Positions 57,716 to 64,000 of a stretch of DNA of 64,000 bases are shown here, one piece after another. Both the position numbers and the translations under genes were made by a program. A model generated the notes under the pieces. That model saw only the letters and a program-made list of their open reading frames with translations, was not told the DNA's origin and made no database searches. The DNA is taken from assembly GCA_963850305.1 (NCBI GenBank), contig CAWKKR010000008.1, forward strand, positions 1,056,001-1,120,000. The letters are read 5' to 3'. How positions within the stretch are numbered: the first letter of the stretch is position 1; the number at the start of each line of letters is the position of its first letter. Source of the DNA: an uncultured delta proteobacterium (lineage in GTDB: Bacteria > Myxococcota_A > Polyangia > Polyangiales > Polyangiaceae).

Positions 57716-59062
57716 TCAGCTCTCGCGCTTCGACATCTCGGCCGGCAGCGGCGGCGGCGCGCTGGCTCTCCCGGCGGGGTCGGCCGGCAGCGGCGGCGGA
57801 GTGCTCGACGCTCGCGGTAACGGCGGCGGCACGCTTCTACGCCCGCGCGACCCCGTACTCGTCGCTGCCCGTGCTTGTGGCGCGGGCGACGCATCTCTTC
57901 GCCGTCGCTCCTCGAACAGGACGATCTTCATGAGGCCCGAGACGTCGGCGTCGCGAATGATGGGATCCTGGGTGTCCACGCTCGGGTCCAGCAGCTCGAT
58001 GAGCGCGAGCATCGCGGTGCGCAGCAGCGTCTGGTTCGGGAACGACTCGCGAATGCACGCTTCGCGCTCGTCGTCGTCGCTCACCGCCCACAGGTCGGCG
58101 TACATGCTCTCGATCGAGAGCATGATGGCCGTCGACAGGTTCGCGTTGCTGGGAGGCAGTCGGTCGATCACGCGCAGGCGCTCGATGACGCGTCGCCGGA
58201 CTTCGTCTTCGTCGCCCGTACGTGGCGAGTCGCTCTTCACCGAGACCGGTTCAGGCTCGACGGGTGCAGCTGCCTCGATGATGGCAGGCGGTGAAGGAAC
58301 CTCCGGTGAGGCCGCGGGCTTCGCGACCGCCGGTCCCACCAGCGCGGCGGGTTCCGCAATCTTGTCGAGCACGACCCGGTGCCACGTGTGATCCAGCGCC
58401 ACGTGCGACACGAGCGCAGGAAGCGGCACGACCGCCAGGAACCGCTCCTCGGTGAGTGGCGCGCCCGCGCGCGCCACTTGGAGCGCGTGCTTCACGACGT
58501 CCCTCACGTCGGCGATGGGCAGTGACAGCGCGATCTCGTCGAAGGTCATACCGTCCGCGACATCGCGCAACGTGATGAGCCCCTCCGACAGCGCGCATTC
58601 GACGATGAAGGCCAGGCGGCTGGCAGCGCGCGCGTGCTTGGATGCCTCGTCCTTCGTGACGTGGTGAAACTCGTCCTCCACCGCGAAGGCCCACAGCTTC
58701 TTCGCATCCAGGTACCTCACCTTGTCGTCCGCTGGATACAGGCCGACCAGAGCGTTCGGCGTGGTGGTCTGTTCGGCCAGGGCGAGCTCGAGGTCTTCCG
58801 TTGCGCTCGCGACCGATTTCTTGAGAGCGATCTTCTCGTGAGTGCCCGTCGCGGAGACGAGGACCTTCACGCGGAGCGCGTCGGCCTGCGAGAGCGAAGC
58901 GATGATCTGGGCGGGCGGAAAGTGTTTCAGAAAATCGTCGGAACTCCGGAAGCCGCCGGTGAGCGCATGATCGACGACACGCGACAAGAAACGCTCGCGT
59001 GCTTCGGACAGCTCGGAAACGTGGGGCTTCGGTAGATCCTCGGTGTCTCTCGGGGTCGGCAT
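57716..59062 (-). CDS. Hypothetical helical protein with Pro-rich tail
   Basis: 448-aa ORF with good codon bias; -10-like TATTCT 7 nt before the ATG. Confidence 0.8.
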   Translation of the reverse strand: MPTPRDTEDLPKPHVSELSEARERFLSRVVDHALTGGFRSSDDFLKHFPPAQIIASLSQADALRVKVLVSATGTHEKIALKKSVASATEDLELALAEQTTTPNALVGLYPADDKVRYLDAKKLWAFAVEDEFHHVTKDEASKHARAASRLAFIVECALSEGLITLRDVADGMTFDEIALSLPIADVRDVVKHALQVARAGAPLTEERFLAVVPLPALVSHVALDHTWHRVVLDKIAEPAALVGPAVAKPAASPEVPSPPAIIEAAAPVEPEPVSVKSDSPRTGDEDEVRRRVIERLRVIDRLPPSNANLSTAIMLSIESMYADLWAVSDDDEREACIRESFPNQTLLRTAMLALIELLDPSVDTQDPIIRDADVSGLMKIVLFEERRRRDASPAPQARAATSTGSRGRRSVPPPLPRASSTPPPLPADPAGRASAPPPLPAEMSKRES

Positions 59063-59462
59063 GGGCGACAGAATAATCGGGGCGACGTTCCCGGGAAGCG
59101 ATCTTCCTTGGAGATCGACGCCGACCGTGTACGGACGAGCAGGGGAACACGCGCAACGTTTCCGTCATCGAGCGAAAACTGCACTCGTGCACCGCATCCC
59201 CGGCCAGCCGCGCGTGCCCGGCTCCAACTTCGGACAAACAGTGGCTCCGCGTCGCAGACGACGGCGACGTGGCACCCGAACGAAAATCTTGCCGGCCACC
59301 AACGACGACGCGCCGAAATTCCGCGTTGCCCACGGCGACACACACCCGACATCTCGGGTGGTCGTTTCCCGGCCCACTCGTCGGGAATTCGTCCGCCGAA
59401 GTCACGCGAACTTCACGACGTCAAAACCACGCGGACACGACGACTCGAGATACTTTCGTGTG

Positions 59463-60497
59463 ATGGACATTTCCATTCTCGAACTCGGCACTCGAACCTT
59501 TCGTCTTCTCCGTGCCGTGAAGGACTCGGACGGCGGAGCGGCCGTCTCGTGCGTCTCGAGTGAGCGCGTCGGCATCGAAATGAGCGTCGATGCGATCGGC
59601 ACCATCTCGCGCAGCGATGCGTCGGACGCGCTCCGAGTCATGGGCCGGCTCCTGTCGCGCGCGCGCCGACTCGACGGCGGACGACACGTAGTCACGTACG
59701 CGCCCAACGCGTTCGGCGGGGCGGGTAACGCAAGCGAGTTCGGGCACGCCGTGAAGCGTCGCTTCGGCGTCTCCGTCACGCTCCTTTCCCCGCGTGATTC
59801 GGCGACACTCCCCTATCACGCGACGCGACACGAGCTCGGACCGTCGCTCCACGAAGTGCGTGAACGCGAGCATCCCCTGGGCGTGGTCCACGTGGGTGAT
59901 CCAGCCCTCGATTTTGCCGTCGGCGCGAGCGCCATCCCGGATTTCACGGTGTCATTGGACCTCGGCGTGGCTCGTCTGCACCGCGCCGTCGGCGCAACGG
60001 AGCGAGGTCTCCCAACGACCGACGCGGCGGCGTTATTTTCCCTCGTGCGGCTCTCCGGAGGCCCCGCGTGCCGGAGAGTTCGTGAATGGGGCAAGCCCGA
60101 GGTCGCCTTCGGCTCGGAAAATGCAAAAGCCGTTCGTGATGTGGCACGGGCCTGGGGTTACCTCGACGCGAACGCGAACGGCCTCTGCAGGCTATCGCTT
60201 CACGCGTTGGTGCCGGAGATCCTCGCGGCGCCGCCCGACTTGCTCGTCGACATCGGAATTTTGCCGTCACGCGCCAGTCTGGTCGGGACGACTGCAGTCG
60301 TCATCGACGCGCTCTCGGACTTGCTCGGGCTACGAACGGTACGCTTCTCGGCGCACGGTCTGCCGGAAGGCGTCGCGCGTTCGATCTTTCTGCGCGGCAA
60401 CGTGCTCGAAGCCGGTCGATCGGGTGAACACCGGGTCGGCGAACCGGAAGCCGAGCTTCCGTCACGCAGCGGACACATGAGATCAGCGGCTCCGTAA
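59463..60497 (+). CDS. Ppx/GppA phosphatase family homolog, degenerate motifs
   Basis: ISILELGTRTFRLL, SLDLGVARL, RASLV, FSAHGLPEG follow the Ppx/GppA layout. Confidence 0.7.
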   Translation: MDISILELGTRTFRLLRAVKDSDGGAAVSCVSSERVGIEMSVDAIGTISRSDASDALRVMGRLLSRARRLDGGRHVVTYAPNAFGGAGNASEFGHAVKRRFGVSVTLLSPRDSATLPYHATRHELGPSLHEVREREHPLGVVHVGDPALDFAVGASAIPDFTVSLDLGVARLHRAVGATERGLPTTDAAALFSLVRLSGGPACRRVREWGKPEVAFGSENAKAVRDVARAWGYLDANANGLCRLSLHALVPEILAAPPDLLVDIGILPSRASLVGTTAVVIDALSDLLGLRTVRFSAHGLPEGVARSIFLRGNVLEAGRSGEHRVGEPEAELPSRSGHMRSAAP

Positions 60498-60530
60498 CAA
60501 TCGCCTGCTAGACATGGAGGGAGAAAGAGA

Positions 60531-60872
60531 ATGGATCGGTTGACCGTTACGTTCGGGGAAGGGCGGGGGATCGTCATTCCGCTGGAGGTCCGTTCTCCGG
60601 CAGAGGCAATCCCGCATACGGACGTGTCTGCGCTCCTTTTCTCGCTGAGAGTCCAGGTCCTGGAGACGGAAGAGCACCTCGAGGCGGACGATGCCATCCA
60701 GCGATTTCTCGTCTGCGAGTTCGACGGCGGTCCGCTGCGCTCACAGCGTCGCCGAGCCATCCTCACCAAGCTGACGTCGGCCCTGGAGAGCGTGGTCGCC
60801 CGAACGGAGGGAACTCGAGGGCCCGGGCTTGCGACGGCCGGGACGCGTGGGACTGCGCGCCACGCTGCGTGA
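60531..60872 (+). CDS. Stand-alone ACT-like domain protein (GlnD C-terminal type)
   Basis: LEVRS...LLFSLRVQV...QRFLVCEFDGGPL...RRRAI; SD GGAGG. Confidence 0.6.
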   Translation: MDRLTVTFGEGRGIVIPLEVRSPAEAIPHTDVSALLFSLRVQVLETEEHLEADDAIQRFLVCEFDGGPLRSQRRRAILTKLTSALESVVARTEGTRGPGLATAGTRGTARHAA

Positions 60873-60902
60873 CGATCCGCCACAGATGCGACGGTCTCGC
60901 CT

Positions 60903-63900
60903 TCAGTCGTCCCGCAGGCAGCGCGCGAGCTCCGATAGTGCACGGTCCGCGAGCTGGAGGCCGTCTCGAAAGGACTCCCCGTCCGCAACGCGGCGCGTGA
61001 GGCGCATGTCCGGCGTTACCTTGTAGGGCGACCTCTTCGCCGCGACGAGCTGCCCGACTTTCACCGGATCGAGCGGTGTGTCGTCGCGCAGGTGCAGCGT
61101 GACGCCCTTCGCCGCGGCCTCGCAGCCGAGGGCGCGAAAGCGACGCAGTTCGACCTTCAACCGCATGAGCTCGACCAGCCGGCGCGCGTCGAGCGGCGCG
61201 GGCCCGAAGCGATCTTCCATCTCCGCGGCGACTTCGTCGACCTCGGTTTCGTGGCTCGCGCTTGCGAGCCGCTTGTAGAGCGAGAGCCGCACGCCGACCT
61301 CCGACACGTAAGCTTCGGGGATGAGCGCGTCGACGTCGATGGTCAGCTCGGGATCCACGTCGTGCACGACGGGCTCGCCCCGTAGTTCGTGCGTCGCCTC
61401 CTCGAGCATCTGGCAGAAGAGATCGAAGCCCACGCTCGAGACGAAGCCGCTCTGTTCGCCGCCGAGGAGGTTCCCCGCGCCCCGAAGCTCCATGTCGAGC
61501 GTGGCGACGTGAAATCCAGAGCCGAGTTCCGTGAAACGCTCGAGGGCCTCGATGCGGTAGCGCGCCTCGTCGGTGAGCTGGCTCGGCGGCGGTACGAGGA
61601 GATAACAATACGCGCGCTCGTTCGACCGCCCGACTCTGCCCCGGAGCTGGTAGAGCTGCCCGAGCCCGAAGAGATCGGCGCGATCGACGATCATCGTATT
61701 GGCGCGCGGTATGTCGAGACCGCTCTCGACGATCGCCGTCGACGCGAGCACGTCGAACTTCCCCTCCACGAAGTCGAGCATCGTCTGCTCCAGCGCGCCC
61801 TCGTCGAGCTGTCCGTGACCCACCCCGACACGCGCTTCGGGCACGATCTCGCGTACGCGGGCCGCACGCTCGTAAAGCCCTTCGACGCGATTGTGGACGT
61901 AGAAGACCTGGCCGCCGCGCGCGAGCTCTCGTCGGATCGCGTCACGGACGATACCGTCGTCGGGCTGCGACGCGATGGTTCGGATCGCGCGCCTGTCCGC
62001 GGGCGGCGTCGTGATCACGCTCATGTCCCGCAATCCGCCGACCGCGAGCTGCAGCGTACGCGGGATGGGCGTCGCCGTGAGCGTGAGCACGTCCACGTTC
62101 GCCTTGAGTTGCTTGAGTCGCTCCTTGTGGACCACGCCGAAGCGCTGCTCCTCGTCCACGATGACGAGCCCGAGGTTCTTGAAGTGCACGTCCTTGGAGA
62201 GCACGCGGTGCGTTCCGACCACGATGTCCACCGAGCCCGCGCGTAGCCCCTGAACCGTCTCGAGCTGCTCGGCCTTGGATTCGAACCGCGACAGCACGCG
62301 GATCGCGATGGCGAAATCACGCAGCCGCCTGGAGAACGTCAGATAATGCTGCTGAGCGAGCACCGTCGTCGGGCACAGCAGCGCCACCTGGCGCCCCGCC
62401 ATCGCCACGCGAAACGCGGCGCGCAGAGCGACTTCCGTCTTGCCGAAGCCCACGTCACCGCACACGAGGCGGTCCATGACCCGTTCCGACGTGAGATCGG
62501 CGAGCACGTCCGCGATCGCGTTTGCCTGGTCCCGCGTCTCTTCGAATGGAAAAGTCGTCTCGAGCGCCCGGTAGTCGTCATCCGGCGGCGGCAGCGGCTC
62601 CTTCTTCGACCCGCGACGCTCGGCATAGAGGCGAAGAAGTTCGTCGGCCATCTCGCGGACCCGCCGCTGGACGCGCGCCTTCGTCTTGGCAAAGGTCTGG
62701 CCACCGAGCCTGTCGATCTTCGGCGCGCCGCCGTCCCCCGCGTACTTCTGGATCTGATTCAGCCGGTGAACGGGCAGAAAGAGCTTGTCGCCCCCGGAGT
62801 ACTCCACCACGAGAAGCTCGACGCTCGCACCGCCGACGCTCTTGCGTTCGAGTCCCAGGTATTTGCCGATGCCGTGATCGACGTGAACGACGTGGTCACC
62901 CTCCGACAGCGCCCGCAGATCCTCGAGCAGCGCACGCGGGCTCCTCTTCTTCTCCGTCGCGCGGTGCGCCCGGTGTCCGAAGATCTCTTCTTCCGTGACG
63001 AGAACGAAGCCCTCCGCGGGCGCCACGACCCCGCGCGCAAGCGAGCCGACGACGAGATGAATGCGCGACTCGTCGCCCGTGCCGAAGGGCGGGGCGATCG
63101 CGACGTCGCGGTGCGACAGGAGCGCTGCCAGACGCTCCGCCTGCGTGCTCGACCGCGCGGCGATGACGACCGACAACCCGTGCTCTTCCCAGATGGCGAG
63201 CCGCTCGATCAACGGATCGAGCGCACCCTGATTGCCGGCCGTGCTTCTCGCGGACGCCACGGCGCGCTCGAGGTCCGCATGGTCGCGAGCCGCGAGTGAA
63301 GGCACGTCTTCGGGCGTCACCTCGAGCGCGGAAAGGTGGCTCGCCTCGTCGCCACTCACGCCGAAGCGGTGAAGCGCCAGCGACGTGCGTCGAGCGAGCT
63401 CGCCGGCGAAGTCTTCTTCGGTGGCGTACAGCTCCTCGACCGCGAAGTGCGGGCTGCCGCCGCGAAGGGTCGCGCCTTGACGCGCCCCTTCGAGCTCCTC
63501 ACGAACCGCTCGGACCACGCGCGGCGGTTCTTCGATCACCAGGATCGCATCGCCCGGCAGGTAACTCCACAGCGGCTCGAGCGTGTAGTACGCCGGCAGA
63601 TAACCCTCGCCGCCGTAAAACTGCCGGCCGTCGGCGACGTCGTCGGAGAGGCGTCGCGCCTTCGCACTCGGCAGGTTCACCGAGTCGCAGAGCGCGCGCA
63701 TCGTCCCGCGCGCTCGCTCGCTCGCCTCCTCCGTGAGAATGGCTTCGCGCGCCGGCGGAAGCCAGACCTCGGCAGCGGTCTCCTTGCCCGTTCGCTGCGT
63801 CTCGGGGTCGAACGGCCTCAGCGAGACGATGAGATCGCCGTAGAGTTCGGCACGCACCGGCGATTCGAGCTGCGACGGCCACACGTCCAGGATCCCTCCG

Positions 63901-64000
63901 CGCACCGCGAACGCGCCCGGATCTTCGACGACGGGTGTCCTCGAATAGCCGCTCGCGTCCAGGTGCGCGACGACCCGATCGAAGTCGATCGCGTCCTCGG
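60903..64000 (-). CDS. mfd: Transcription-repair coupling factor (5' end outside the window)
   Basis: VVHVDHGIG, CGDVGFGKTEVA, DEEQRFGV, ATPIPRTL, GLGQLYQLRGRVGR, RGAGNLLG, DRFG. Confidence 0.98.
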   Translation of the reverse strand, partial: EDAIDFDRVVAHLDASGYSRTPVVEDPGAFAVRGGILDVWPSQLESPVRAELYGDLIVSLRPFDPETQRTGKETAAEVWLPPAREAILTEEASERARGTMRALCDSVNLPSAKARRLSDDVADGRQFYGGEGYLPAYYTLEPLWSYLPGDAILVIEEPPRVVRAVREELEGARQGATLRGGSPHFAVEELYATEEDFAGELARRTSLALHRFGVSGDEASHLSALEVTPEDVPSLAARDHADLERAVASARSTAGNQGALDPLIERLAIWEEHGLSVVIAARSSTQAERLAALLSHRDVAIAPPFGTGDESRIHLVVGSLARGVVAPAEGFVLVTEEEIFGHRAHRATEKKRSPRALLEDLRALSEGDHVVHVDHGIGKYLGLERKSVGGASVELLVVEYSGGDKLFLPVHRLNQIQKYAGDGGAPKIDRLGGQTFAKTKARVQRRVREMADELLRLYAERRGSKKEPLPPPDDDYRALETTFPFEETRDQANAIADVLADLTSERVMDRLVCGDVGFGKTEVALRAAFRVAMAGRQVALLCPTTVLAQQHYLTFSRRLRDFAIAIRVLSRFESKAEQLETVQGLRAGSVDIVVGTHRVLSKDVHFKNLGLVIVDEEQRFGVVHKERLKQLKANVDVLTLTATPIPRTLQLAVGGLRDMSVITTPPADRRAIRTIASQPDDGIVRDAIRRELARGGQVFYVHNRVEGLYERAARVREIVPEARVGVGHGQLDEGALEQTMLDFVEGKFDVLASTAIVESGLDIPRANTMIVDRADLFGLGQLYQLRGRVGRSNERAYCYLLVPPPSQLTDEARYRIEALERFTELGSGFHVATLDMELRGAGNLLGGEQSGFVSSVGFDLFCQMLEEATHELRGEPVVHDVDPELTIDVDALIPEAYVSEVGVRLSLYKRLASASHETEVDEVAAEMEDRFGPAPLDARRLVELMRLKVELRRFRALGCEAAAKGVTLHLRDDTPLDPVKVGQLVAAKRSPYKVTPDMRLTRRVADGESFRDGLQLADRALSELARCLRDD

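Overview
High-GC (~68-70%) bacterial chromosome segment. Gene content points to Myxococcota, probably Polyangiales-like (eukaryote-like Ser/Thr kinase with a PEGA-like tail, many lipoproteins, sigma54 promoters); this is an inference. It holds about 55 densely packed CDSs, mostly housekeeping: rph, queE, dapF, aroK-aroB fusion, zapA, bioF/bioD, MoxR-DUF58-transglutaminase, rpe, tyrA, serS, rnr, add, rpoZ, Fur-family/ahpC, aroC and mfd. I recognised no tRNA, rRNA, transposase, integrase or CRISPR array. The most notable observations are: (1) three apparent pseudoenzymes with intact reading frames but lost catalytic motifs (a DAHP-synthase homolog that keeps its regulatory domain and sits before tyrA, a Ppx/GppA homolog paired with a lone ACT protein, and a sulfatase homolog coupled to a membrane-anchored Hpt-REC-REC protein); (2) a 15 x 21-bp array whose variation falls almost entirely in the loop of a repeated hairpin; (3) a parS site inside bioF near an apparent local G/C skew switch; (4) a lipoprotein fusing a c-type cytochrome to a PHM-type copper monooxygenase; (5) an orphan Cys-rich bufferin-like peptide; (6) a split GNAT + cNMP-sensor gene pair; (7) many apparently leaderless genes. 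All family calls come from reading motifs by eye; no database searches were run.
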